A DNA stretch of 63,171 nt, filler included, from Craspedostauros australis (taxonomy: Eukaryota), in NCBI GenBank assembly GCA_030167865.1. It is 12 parts of 12 records of this genome, joined end to end, with 100 filler letters (N's around TTAATTAATTAA, not from the genome) between each part and the next. Parts side by side here need not be neighbours in the genome. Positions count along the whole stretch, not along the records: positions 3,506 to 34,954 come from JALAGF010002749.1; 11 more parts are not named here. One strand, given 5' to 3'. A program made the position numbers and the translations under genes. Shown here one piece after another: positions 23,801 through 33,499 of the stretch. Below the pieces are notes generated by a model. That model did not search any database and was not told where the DNA came from. It worked only from the letters and a program-made list of their open reading frames with translations. Each line of letters starts with the position of its first letter. Within the stretch, counting starts at the first letter, position 1.

Positions 23801-26800
23801 GGGGATGGCAGCAAGGATGAGATCGAGGTGGGGCACGTCAACACGAACACGGCGCAGTTCCATGCGTCGACTCACTATCACAACAGTCCATCAGGCGTGC
23901 CAAGAGTCGCTGACGACGGTGAGAAGCAGGTGCGATTTTCGGAGGATCTTGTGTTTGTGAGGGAGATCCCGGCCATCAAGAGAGATGGCACGGCCGACTC
24001 TGTTTCCATTAACTCAGCCACACGCCCGTCGTCGGGAGACGCCACTTCAGCAACGAGGAACATGTCACTCCCGTTGCCATCGCCGACTGCTTCGGACGGT
24101 TCTGGCGTTGTTCATGTGGGCAAGAAGAAAGGAAAGCGCAAGATCTTCTCGTGGCTCAAGCGCAAGGCTCTGAAACGACGCGACAACAACAAGAGCGGTG
24201 TCAAACATGGCGGCGATGCGAAGGATGATCAAGCCGAGATGGCGGAGGATGCAGGCTCTGTCGTGGAAGATGATGACATGGACTCTGTGAGCTCTGAATC
24301 GAGCGACAGTACCGTGCACTCAATTTCGTCGTCTGTGAACTACAAAAGCAACAGCATGGACGATGCAACAATGGACAGCACAACCGTGCAGAACCAAAGT
24401 GTATCTGTCACGACGCTGTCCACAAATCAAACGAATGAAAGCGTGTCGTTGAACTCGCTTGATGCCGTGCCAGCACAAGACGCTAGCAGCACTCCCGCAG
24501 CAGCAGCAGCAGCAGCTGGTGGTGGTGGTGGTGGCAATGCGAGAGGCGCTGCCAACCGTACCGAAGGCGGCAAGACGACCGAGACGTCGTCGTTGAAGGT
24601 TGGGCGTCACGGTGCTATGGCGGCAGCCGAATCTCGACCAGAGAAAGCGGAAGGGCAGATTCTCGCAGGTGACTCGAAGAAGAATGACGCTGCCAATGCA
24701 CGACGGTCGCAGCGCCTGCCAGATCGATTGCCTGAAACATCGAAGACCGCACCTCATCTCGGAGGTGGCTCCGTCAATAGCGACCAACCAGCTCTCGGGG
24801 AAAAGTTGCAGACTGGCAACAATCCCACCCGTCTGAACCCTGGTGCTTTCACAAGCTCCCGCGCATACAATCCTGGTGATGGCAGCACTGGCGGTGCCGA
24901 GCAACTCTCAGAGCACATTGCATCAAGTGAAGCGACAGGGGCCCTTCGCAAATCATCGGAGGTGGGATCAAGTGCTATTGCTACCGCATCAGGTGTGTCG
25001 CATCACGCTGCACCAGCAACTCATTACCATCAGAGAATAAGCAAGGAATCATCACATAGGACAGTGCCTTCGGAGCAAGCGCCGGCGATACCGACAGGAA
25101 ATACTCGATTCATACCCGACGACGGTGTGGACGGGGAGATGATGATGACGACGATGATGGCAGATGAGGGTATCGAGCTCATTGCGCGACAAACCAAGAG
25201 CGGCAGGAGTGCCATCCTCATTGCGAAATCCGGAGGTCCGAACTATTCGACGGCCAGCCAAACTTACGGCAAGCGCCGTATGGTCACTTCTGGCGAGGAG
25301 GATGACACCGACGCCACCACCTTGGTCTCATCTGCTGCGAACACAGTCACCACACTTGGCACTGATGGCCAATCCACCATCATGTCAACTGCTGCGTCAG
25401 TGAACAGCCTCACAACAATGGATCCAAGAACTGAGACCAGCGCTAGATCCAACCGGAATGGTGGATTGCCGCAGCCTGTATCATCCACAGCAGCATCTGC
25501 AACTCCTAGCCCGGCACGTCACAACAGCAATGGCAACAACAGCAACAACGGCAACGACATGAAACCTCCGAAGAACCAGCAGCGAAAGGGTGCACACAAG
25601 CGGCAACAGAACGTCGGCGGTATCAAGGGTCGAAGATTCTTCAACCGCAAACCGTTCAACCGCAAGGGAGCATCCGATGGCAAATCGGGCGCGGGTGGTA
25701 GAGAACGGCATTCATCATCGCATGCGCACGGTGGTGACGGCGTCGGTAGCGTCGGAAGGATCCAGCCAGGGTGCATGCCGCAGGTCCCAATCATGGCATC
25801 CAATGGGAATGGCAACACGAAGAATGCCGACAAGAAGAACATCTCTTTGGCATCGCGGATCAAGCAGCACAGGCAACAGCAGCATCAGAGTCAGGCCACG
25901 ACTGTCACCTCGTCCTCATCCGCCACCGCGAAGCAGAAGCTGATTTCTTCGTATCGTGTCCAAAAGCAGCAGCAGCAACAGCAACAGCAGCAGGCTGAAA
26001 AGAGCAAGACAAGGCGAGGAAACAACAACCGCCGCCCATTGACCCTGCCACCCGTCAAGGGCAACGCCGTACGCAGGCAACAGAGAAGCAAGTCGCCAGC
26101 CGCCGCAAGCACCGGAGCAAGAGCAGCTTCGGCTACAGCTGTGACTGCTGGAAAGGTAGGAGGAAGCGGGGATCCACGTGGACACAACACATCGCAGATG
26201 GCGATGTCATCACCGCGTGCAAAGTCTGAGGCAATGGACAAGATGATCCAATCAGCACCAACACGTCGGCGCGGGAGGTCTCCAGCCAAGAATTCTGTTG
26301 CAACATCTGCGATGACGGTCAGCAGCGACAGCATCCACGTCGCTGGCTGTGCGACTCCTCTCTTCGGAGCCCAGCGCAACAATCCATCGCAGCAGCAGCC
26401 GCCGAAGCGCAAGGAAGCAACCGGATCTGCCGGTGGCAAACCATCCCTTGTGATGAGCAAGTACGGACGGTCCAAGGATACACACTCCACGCAGCACACG
26501 AACAGTGCTGGAGCGGCTGTGGGAGGAGCACGGGGCAGGGTGACATCAGCCAGTCAGTACAGATCGAACTTCAACGATGCAGGCGGTGTGATCGGGCAGC
26601 AGCAGAGGCTGGGAGGAATCTCCCGCGGCAACAGCGTCCAGCCATCCTCGTCGAAGATGTCATCAACCGTGGACATGTTCGATCAACCGTACGTCGTCGA
26701 CAGCGTTGCCACGGGCCTTTCCACGCAAGGTTCGTTGTCCATCGACTCCTCCACCATCTTCGAGGATCAGAGCACGAAGTACACGAAGGCGAGTGAGATG

Positions 26801-27469
26801 CAGTATTCCACAGCCGTGGAACCGAGCTGGTTCTCATGGATGATGGATGGACTGTTCTCGCCGATGACAACTCCAGCGCTGGGAGAAGGCGGAGGCACCA
26901 AGGAGATGGACACCAGCAGCGGAGTTGGTTCCTTGGCGACAGGACGCAGCAGCGCGGGTGGCACCAGCAGCCGACGCGGCAGCTTCGTCACCTTGTCGAT
27001 GGATTCCTCCATCGATGAAAGCGCTGCGACAGGCGACATCACCATCAACAACCGCAAGGTGGACGACCAGGAGTGGCAGGAGATCCTCAACGTGACGGAG
27101 ACGCTGGCGCGCAAGTTCAGCGAGCAGAAGCATTCCGAGACGGATGACGACGACGATGACGATGACGACGATTCCGAGAAATCCATCTCGGAGGAAACCA
27201 TCGAGGAGGTGAATGATGCGATTGGCAAGTTCAGGGATCACGCCGCTCGATTGGGAGTGAACGAACGCCAGCTGATGGTCGCCGTGCGCGATGACGATCA
27301 CAGCCAATCCTTGGCGCGCCTCGACTCCATGACGACGGCGGAGAGTGTGAAGACGAACAACAGAGACATGCTGTCACATTTTGGTGGCGCAGCTGATGAC
27401 TTCATCGACATGTTCGAGTACTTCTTCTCCAACAAAAGGACCAACCGACAGCGCCTGCTCCGCGGATGA
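17858..27469 (+). CDS. Giant (~3200 aa) single-exon S/T/G/K-rich intrinsically disordered protein of unknown function
   Basis: Uninterrupted 9.6-kb ORF with low-complexity composition and polyA/G/Q/D tracts. Short predicted helical, acidic C-terminal segment. No signal peptide or recognisable enzyme domain. Confidence 0.8.
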   Translation: MESRSQYPGQYADNNRGEPMAGTIGQSKSQWAGRTQFEAMQELRARRAWVADDEEETQSRFQQRRRLYHSSAAPNVKSDGAEHAARIVVDDLKSRGYDPETGVFAMESKSEDGEDLDRYEATQHMMDSREPDDHELSTIGENSKEDSISSAKRSSRQSSQDQRSQPDEYGYGSQHETATHGSNGSRASKTVSSAQSTSTTSTRGSSRASSRASSRASSNASTAIPMTPPRVGVSMQSNESNSPISRMDMTGTVTTVTDGMTEFTGYEDNRGQSLKYHDDGYYADAKSIYTITTGKGSEYTTGAESTSTYSSVPSNRSGKTSIASSHDAKRQLMEYDYSRSYGTRGQTEDWTEGKTSCASTVSSASTTMGSKQRDDLSSKGKGAKTDKFYTSLGSDGNFEIETIGWKSASTGKDDKSRASMTSFKTNRTRSGDTASTTKHSDKYSIGLPRHMTSSMGQSHAAISTAGGSTASSIISELAFGTGSYSTNASGASRTGSVNGFVQSGSVQSNRSASGQTSGDSQIDSERDWNDGQTHTNSHKSLRSMSKKTTRDDISISSRASAGSKRTRGRFRRSLDSASVSSDSSRTSKSTKGSKTTHATRTTQATYNTNSSKSSKLTKTTYASDGYGASDSSQASYTTSGTKLTHGTKASHATLTTHSSKSSNSSNLSKSTKASKTTMATHTSHTSYGTQTTKASQGTKGTSASQWTHGSKVSHATKTTKSSMSSRGRSSDNSSEARHTAGRGRSPGSRRTDGSTSAWTNESNELSRDAKSVEKSDATSTSTRPSSRMKSSLHAQTADSQPPMSSQTARESEQSLHSGATSASSVTLQTIAARKSTSQTRRIGTTESLIVHAPDPANPDRQRSQRRHLPPMSPLSTASQGMLSPGPHGHGTPFGHAHASNSPQYRSRVSSARSNDDMSIQSESQGYDGSTRRPSIESFHSLAATRGLSQEEMRALRQRQIAGPSMSPSRNNGTHIMTTDYVEASGNHISSETIEAVHLVTNSELLRGQGVDAPLVSHSEFFGTTSSEVDSNVGDEDETMSTDRIPLTKKKKKLRLFGLARRWKKSKQKSSKMAKTGQEFDANNGDDADDDAMSNYSASSTPVELHDSDANTQQAGGRRPRSMSMSRVGDPVIPRPHQLQQEEREHEHGHEQRNPSNPSHYAMSGYAGTQLRDAQPTRDGIHPSALVEPTPQSQSGYGQGADQLEVEVTPLGLVSPDGRQSDKRQDSDGSPSLVVRALAEQNARHASDNKSTSEACNSDQDENQDPLGATKPSSAVRLDESSSSISEIVIDNKEAENSAKPQMKQSSGPLNMRRFFNKRGKSQSKLNGDKRPVKNSITAKDQARFRVSMMNPGIAQAKKENATKDSTPSSQHDVAKTDGGSPLNADGVKSHGIESGAPATSMVKSSSPSVSKAAVKRDVTPKAGRARATGAGRQQVRNFVRSLSPHKRIRPPQPSPRRTPTATTSPSPREIESRFEADLALATRSSARVQPNVRTAKLQGKLISKAKKSPNAAAAVKKMNKMLHWKTGASPTNSARVQDSGKNSASPNQKGSSSAEDEKESKTTSKTTNATDADEPLARVTDKTTAVQVMGSGPDAQPLAEANHDEAAASSPKTSGGGTATNRQSTDPSKSASAKAENKVQAKSAAGPAASSKSSTVRNHQTHHNSAKTGTTKGDKSAMSSLLGLGTKIINFGQTNASTPTASRANGVTTTQANTQSKTTVRSGGKPNDKSVSKQDGEMADANTPSLMNMNAGANKIGGLKIQTQLKTTLPRPPGAGVATPTAALESKASSVAVAGSFANDNSRSATPSRESKSVKNHQRAPDPSTHAAEASLPPRAPHKPAEGSGKDDVAPIVTSNDGETRSLENKFRVTSPLKQAFNALSFFASSSSNGKGRASATESPRSRAGKPMSAALESSHRKRLQLTSSDSASAGKASNSSGNGSESTKISDESSLDTQKATAAAQQSDKLFGSHDDPASHTVFVGDGSKDEIEVGHVNTNTAQFHASTHYHNSPSGVPRVADDGEKQVRFSEDLVFVREIPAIKRDGTADSVSINSATRPSSGDATSATRNMSLPLPSPTASDGSGVVHVGKKKGKRKIFSWLKRKALKRRDNNKSGVKHGGDAKDDQAEMAEDAGSVVEDDDMDSVSSESSDSTVHSISSSVNYKSNSMDDATMDSTTVQNQSVSVTTLSTNQTNESVSLNSLDAVPAQDASSTPAAAAAAAGGGGGGNARGAANRTEGGKTTETSSLKVGRHGAMAAAESRPEKAEGQILAGDSKKNDAANARRSQRLPDRLPETSKTAPHLGGGSVNSDQPALGEKLQTGNNPTRLNPGAFTSSRAYNPGDGSTGGAEQLSEHIASSEATGALRKSSEVGSSAIATASGVSHHAAPATHYHQRISKESSHRTVPSEQAPAIPTGNTRFIPDDGVDGEMMMTTMMADEGIELIARQTKSGRSAILIAKSGGPNYSTASQTYGKRRMVTSGEEDDTDATTLVSSAANTVTTLGTDGQSTIMSTAASVNSLTTMDPRTETSARSNRNGGLPQPVSSTAASATPSPARHNSNGNNSNNGNDMKPPKNQQRKGAHKRQQNVGGIKGRRFFNRKPFNRKGASDGKSGAGGRERHSSSHAHGGDGVGSVGRIQPGCMPQVPIMASNGNGNTKNADKKNISLASRIKQHRQQQHQSQATTVTSSSSATAKQKLISSYRVQKQQQQQQQQQAEKSKTRRGNNNRRPLTLPPVKGNAVRRQQRSKSPAAASTGARAASATAVTAGKVGGSGDPRGHNTSQMAMSSPRAKSEAMDKMIQSAPTRRRGRSPAKNSVATSAMTVSSDSIHVAGCATPLFGAQRNNPSQQQPPKRKEATGSAGGKPSLVMSKYGRSKDTHSTQHTNSAGAAVGGARGRVTSASQYRSNFNDAGGVIGQQQRLGGISRGNSVQPSSSKMSSTVDMFDQPYVVDSVATGLSTQGSLSIDSSTIFEDQSTKYTKASEMQYSTAVEPSWFSWMMDGLFSPMTTPALGEGGGTKEMDTSSGVGSLATGRSSAGGTSSRRGSFVTLSMDSSIDESAATGDITINNRKVDDQEWQEILNVTETLARKFSEQKHSETDDDDDDDDDDSEKSISEETIEEVNDAIGKFRDHAARLGVNERQLMVAVRDDDHSQSLARLDSMTTAESVKTNNRDMLSHFGGAADDFIDMFEYFFSNKRTNRQRLLRG

Positions 27470-28400
27470 AGACGATTCAAGGACCATGCAAAGTCAAGAG
27501 ACTGATGAAAGAGGCTGTGCGGCATTTGATGATGATGATCCATGATGCATGGCCGATGGGTGGTGGGGGGTGGTGGGAGGTTGGGGTTTGGGGGGTAAGA
27601 CAACAACAAGGTGACGGCACACTAACAATTCACATAACATAACTACTCTCCTCAGAGAGAGAGAGAGAGAGCAATGCAAACAAGTGCAATGAAACAACGA
27701 ACTAACAAAGATTAGCAAGCGAATAGCAAACGAATAGCCATCCACATCTAATTCTAAGTGATCTCTCTCTCTCTCTCTCGCTCTGGAGAGCGTAGCAGAA
27801 CATGTAACGGCCAATGCGCCATACCGCGTCATGTATTGCTGTTGTTCCATTCCAGTCGAGTTGCATCCACGCTGCGAAGTTGTTCACGACTTTGTTGCGT
27901 TTTTGCCTTTGTCCGTGGAGTTTTGTGATTGGAAATGTACTTATGTAGCTTCATTTGTTGCAAGAACGCGCATGCCAGTCACCGCCCACAAGTGATTCCC
28001 ATAATTAACGTCCTTCGCCAATGGGACATTGGGAGTCGAGGTAAACGAAGGCGAGCACAGAAATGTCCCGGACGACAGACAGACATAAAATAACACAAAA
28101 TGCACATACAGCCCGCCACAAAGCAAGAAAGAAAGTAAGCAATTTTGGGGCCAGCAATTTGTCTCTTACGATTATGATGATGGGTGCAGAACGCGCCCAC
28201 CACCATGCCTCTGCCCCTCTTTATATTGTTTTCGTTTTTTGCTTTTTGTGTGGTTTTGTTGTTGTTGGTGTGGTTTGGTCGGTGTTGATATATCATTCAT
28301 TCTTGATCTCTTGTTCATACCGCTGTTGCTTTGGTGCTGCCTTCAGCTGCTGTCTTATGTCTTCATTCGTTCCGATGCTGTGCCATATGGTGCTGCCTTG

Positions 28401-29156
28401 TTACTTTGCTTCTGCTGCCGAATTCTGTTTGCTTCCCTGCGGCAAGGGCTTCTTGTTGTCCTTCAATGCGGTAGGATGCCGGCGCGTGCTGCTGCGTGTT
28501 ACCACAGTTACTTTTGCAGCGGCTGTTGGTGTGTTGGAAGTGGCTGCACCATTCTTGCTCTTGTTGCTGTTTCCACCATCATCCTTCCTGCTTGTGCTGG
28601 GAAGGACTTTTGCTGCTGGCTTCCTGTTGCTTCCAGATTGGGTGCTCTTCATGCTTCGGATACTCCTATTGCTTCTGCCACTTCTGTTGCTTCGCGATGT
28701 TGCACAGCTCCTTGCACTGGCAACGCTCATGTTGCCAGTGCTTGCGGTCCCATATCTTGCCTCCTTTCGTCCGTTGGCCTTATGATACCGGACGCTGACG
28801 GTGTCTGAGTGCATTCTGTGCGCTGCATTGCGTATGGCATCGCGGCTGATTGCATTCCTGTTCTTCCTAGTCATGCTGCTCGTGCTGTGTCGACTGTGAC
28901 TGGACTTTGCACTGGACACACTCAGATCATCACTGTAGGTGCGACGACTCCTGCTGGTCCGATGGCTGCGTTTGGAGCAGCGGCTGTATGCACTGCACAC
29001 ACTCTCCCGCGAGCCCTTCCTGCTGCAGTGCTTCGTTGATGCACTCCGGATTCTTCTGCATGAGCGGAACATTTCGTCATCGGCGCATGACGAGTGGATG
29101 CTTATCACATCCTCACAGTTTGTGGCGTCCACCCTTTCATCATGGTTCTTGTTCAT
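28401..29156 (-). CDS. Hypothetical Ser/Arg-rich protein (251 aa)
   Basis: Open frame with period-3 SxxSxxS repeats (SNRSGRSNRSIRSMKS). No known domain. Confidence 0.45.
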   Translation of the reverse strand: MNKNHDERVDATNCEDVISIHSSCADDEMFRSCRRIRSASTKHCSRKGSRESVCSAYSRCSKRSHRTSRSRRTYSDDLSVSSAKSSHSRHSTSSMTRKNRNAISRDAIRNAAHRMHSDTVSVRYHKANGRKEARYGTASTGNMSVASARSCATSRSNRSGRSNRSIRSMKSTQSGSNRKPAAKVLPSTSRKDDGGNSNKSKNGAATSNTPTAAAKVTVVTRSSTRRHPTALKDNKKPLPQGSKQNSAAEAK

Positions 29157-29291
29157 TGTTGCAGTTCATTGGCGTTTGTGGTTTGCATGTTGTTGTGTGT
29201 GATGTGTGTGTTGTGGCAGATAGAGCCAAATCAATGTGCAAAGAGGAGGATGGTGTGAGAACATGAGCAATGCATGCAACCAATATTCTGC

Positions 29292-30845
29292 TCAGTGTGT
29301 TCTTACCTTCTGATGTTGCACACTGCGACGTCGAGGTGGCGGCATGCCCCCTGTAGAGTTATCCAAGGAGTCCTCATCTGCGGAGCTGCCTGACTCCATC
29401 AGATCAACAATGCTCTCACCCGTTCTGTTGTTGTGGGGGTGACGTGGGCTCCCCACAGAACCTCGAGGAAGGATTTGGCCCCCAGCTGGCCAGTTCCCAG
29501 CGCATGAGGAGTAAGTGGCTCGACTCATGGGTGCGGCTGGTACAGGGCGCATAGAATGCCCTTCAACCATGCGCACGAGGAGCAGTGGGGCAGGGACTTC
29601 ACCTTTTCCATTATTCAATGGGATGGTGGGGTTCACAAAAGTGCTTCCAAGCATGACGTTGTCGTTGGTGCCTTCAAGCCTTCCACTGACTTGGAATGGT
29701 AGGGTCTCCCGATGCACTCTCACAATCGTGAAATGGTGTGTTGAGACCATTGCCACCGCCGAACGGTATGCTGCACGTCGTTCGGTCTGCAACTCAAACC
29801 CGAATAGGCGCACTCCGTCCGAGGCACCATTTCGATGGTCGATCATGGCATTGTCTTGGGATATGGTTGATCGTAGGTTGGAGTTTGCGGTAATGTGCAC
29901 CTCCAGACACGTACCATCCTCCGACACCAGGCTTCGGATGTCCTCCTCAGAGGTTCCGGCTGGCAGCTCGAAATCAATCCCGAGCACTCGATGTCCAGCA
30001 CTGTTCTCGTACTGGTGACGAATGGCCGGCAGCACAATGGAGGCGTTTTGCGCCACCCATTCCTTCACCGAAGGGAGAACCCTTGCTTGTTTTGGAATCA
30101 TGAATTGACAGTTTCTGTCTGCTGCTGTTGCTGCTGCTACCGCCTCTGCCTCCGTTCTTGGTGGCGATGGGCTCCATCCCGTGGTTGGGAGAGCAGGCGG
30201 CTGGGATGAACTAGCAAGCGGAGTATTTCCGTGAGACATTCCCTGTGGCCAGGCATATGCCGATGGCGATAGCTGGCGCGGTGGTGCAGGCTGCAACAAA
30301 ACACCAGGGAATGTTGGGGAGGGCGTCGCCGTGTTCACGGAATTGGCATCGTGTGGCGACGTTGTTGCTGCTGTTGGTCCCCCATGACCATGATTCGCGG
30401 AATCTGTGTTGTTCGATGATGCAGTGTTGAGGAACACAGATGGCGACATCGATGGATTCGCTCGCGAGGCAGGGGACACATGATGCCGATTTTCAACATA
30501 CGTTGTGATATCGGGAGCAGCGAAAGGGTTGGTGCGGCCTGAAAGGAAGTGAGTGGACATTAGAGTGGCAATACAGAAGCAATGTTCTGATTCAAAATGG
30601 CGAGCAACACAGACATCATTGAGGACCAGTGTTGCGCATCATGACGTACCAAGCTCCATTGCGATCTGACGTTGAAGGTTGCGGTAGTTCCTTGCAAACT
30701 GCGCCTCAATGAACACGTGGAGAAAGCTGTTCTGTTCCCACACCACAGCTGGGGGGAGGGAAGATGGTATCTCACCGGAGATCAGCATCCCTCGCAGCTG
30801 TTGGACCTCTGGGGCATTGCGCGACCACACTTTCCTTGCCGACAT
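29292..30845 (-). CDS. Harbinger ORF2-like protein: Myb-like HTH + disordered linker + alpha-crystallin/HSP20-like domain (exons 30845-30650, 30538-29292; 480 aa)
   Basis: Exon 1 reads MSARKVWSRNAPEVQQLRGMLISGEIP...VWEQ...FARNYRNL. A 111-nt phase-1 intron (G|GTACGT, CTAAT branch site, TTTCAG|) joins it in frame to the 422-aa ORF. That ORF contains LGIDFELPAGTSEEDIRSLVSEDGTCLEV and RVHRETLPFQV. Confidence 0.6.
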
Positions 30846-31792
30846 GGTCGTGCGTGGGTTGATTGTGCTGATACGATGGTGATTGCTGGTGTAGCTGCGC
30901 CTGGAACTGTGGTTGTGGTGGTAGTTCCAATTGGAGTGGTGCAAGGGTTGGAAGGTCTTGTTGTATGACCACGACAACATTCAAGCAGCTGTGATGTGAC
31001 TTTGGAGTGATGCGATCATCCTTCATGTCATGGTTTGCGTTGTTGTCAACGCGTTCATCAACGACGTCGGCATCGACCTCGTGGTCTCTGTCTGCTTCAA
31101 CCTGTCTCCAACGTGATCGCCCACACGCTCATCAACCCGCACATCCGCGGGAAGAGCATCAGATCAGAAAGCTGCCGAGCGGTTCAACACGTCGTCGTTG
31201 CAGACAGAGAGGAGGGAAGATCGAACCAGCAACTACTTCTCAAGCGCCACGTCGTCAGCAGGTGCACATCAGGCCTGCCTGGTGCAAAAGGCAGACAATC
31301 GGGGCACATACGAAATTCTCGATGTCAGATACGTACGTTCGTACGTATGGCATGATAGGTACAGAGAAAAAGGATCACAGAACAAGTGCAACACAACGGA
31401 TGTAACAATAATGCCATGCTTTCTTCAATGTAGTCGTGCTTTGCATTTGGCGAAAACAACGCAAAAAGAGAATTACATTCGTCAGTTTGTCTACCTCCAT
31501 GACTTATAGTCGTGCCCAATGTCAGGGACTAAGTCACTGACATCAAACTCTGGAACATGGTAGTCGCGTCTTCTCCCATTTGGGGCGGCATGCACGTTCG
31601 CATCTAGAAACAGGCAGTGCACTGCTTCGTTTCAATGACGTCGACGTTCCCAATGGTATCGTTACCTTCTATGTTGGTGATACCACCCACGATAGTGCAG
31701 CAAACGCAACACACAGCCCACTATCTCCCTATCAAGTTCTCATGCGAAAACCTCCGTCGGTGACATCACTCGTCGCCAACAATGTGAAGACG

Positions 31793-33061
31793 TCATCTGC
31801 CTGCATCAAGCGACTCCACGCGTCGACTCACCGCTGTCATGCCAACTACTCTGACTCTACATCGCAAGTGCGTCGCGGAGTCGATGTGGGGACACCTTCG
31901 CAGTAGGTGGCCAGCACCTGCGCACCGCATAAACGTCGCCAGCTGCATGCGCATGAGAGCACCCTTGGGGACTTTTGCGCAAGGAACGCAGGTTTGATGT
32001 CTTATTGTAGACTTGCCACAGGAGGCTAGTTCTTTACAATGCTTGTCATGGAGCTCTCCTCGTCGGTGTAGCTGTGTTGAAGTCATGAATTTAGGTTCCC
32101 TACATTCTTCTCTTGTACAGGTGCACACAACCCCATCGAAGCTGCCATGATTGGTGTCGCAACACGGCTACATAGTCAGAGCGCAAATTGCACAAAAACG
32201 ACTATTGTATTCACAAAATGCGCATTTTCCTGCGTTGGGGAGTGCGACATTGCGACAACGGCGCACAACCGATCGCACGCAGGCGCCTGAACTGTCCTTT
32301 GTTGTCATCATTCCATCTGTGCGCCGTAGTGTGTCTGCATGGGCGTTGATGGGGTAGTGGGATGTCATCATTGAGGGTCTCCACTTCTGCATTGTGGGAG
32401 ACACGCAGGCGCCATGTAACATATGTGTCACGGTGAGACCGACGTGGCAACAGACAGACAGAGAGCGAGAGAGAGAGAGAGGGAGGGAGAACATGCAACG
32501 TCGCCATGCAAACCATGTCAGTGTGACAAATAAGTGCGTGGTGTCCCTCCCTCTGGCGTTTCGGCAGTTGGTTGGTTGATTTCGCCGTTTGCTCCCTTCA
32601 AGACAGCACGACCTGTCCCAAAAGGCGTGTCGGTCTACGTATACCCGCGATTGCGGCACCATCTGTTCGTCTTTCGCTAAATTCTCAACAAACAAAGCAC
32701 CACGTCGTTGCCTGATGTGCGGTGCTGCATGCCACCAAGACACCCAGCGCCCTCCTTCATACAACTCCAATGAAGTGCCGGAATAGAATGCCGGAGGTAC
32801 GGTGTTATTCGTGAATGCTGCCACACCACGTGGCGGTAGTTGTGCAGAACATACCACAACATCAATATCTTTCGAACAGTCAAGGATGTCAACATTGACG
32901 TCCTTGAGATATGCCCCTCTAGTGTATGCACTGTTCCATGCAACCTGCAATGCCAAACTTCTGGTGGGTTGTGCTTGATGAGTGGGATGGTGGATGAAGT
33001 CGTATGCAGGCTCCCTGGGGTTATGCGGTTTTTGAAAAAGCATGACGTGTTGGTATGGCAT
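31793..33061 (-). pseudogene. Cys-rich ORF with an internal stop, inside the Harbinger-like element
   Basis: ORFs 33061-32168 and 32128-31793 are in the same frame, separated by one TAG (32168-32170). Many CxxC-type pairs (CAFC, CAIC, CTC, CVPC). A likely intron spans the TC microsatellite near 32460-32490. Confidence 0.35.
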
Positions 33062-33499
33062 AGACCAGGTCTTCTTCCTTCAACTCCACCAATGGAACAG
33101 GCTACTTCAACTCTGCACTTTGCTCTGTGCTGGTGTGCTACGTCGACCTCTCCGCAAGGAATAGTGTGTATTGAAATAGGCACATGGAAACCTGTTGTTA
33201 TGCCAAGCCAAGCGGCCGTTACGTTCAAGCCTACCTTGAAGATGATCCAAACGATACGAAGAAGTATGAAACGCCAACCCAGAGAGATGTCAGTGCCACG
33301 ATGCTGACGTCTGACAGCATCGACAACGATTGTGTAGAGCGGAACTCAGCACGCAACCTCTCTGTGCATGAGGAACAGTAGATGGGGCTGTGGATCTCGG
33401 TCTCTGCGCAACTCGCATGGTGGATGTGCCACCGTGAATCCGTGCAATAGTGCTCACACAAGACAACGGCAATTTCTTCTTTTCGCTTCTGATGATTGC

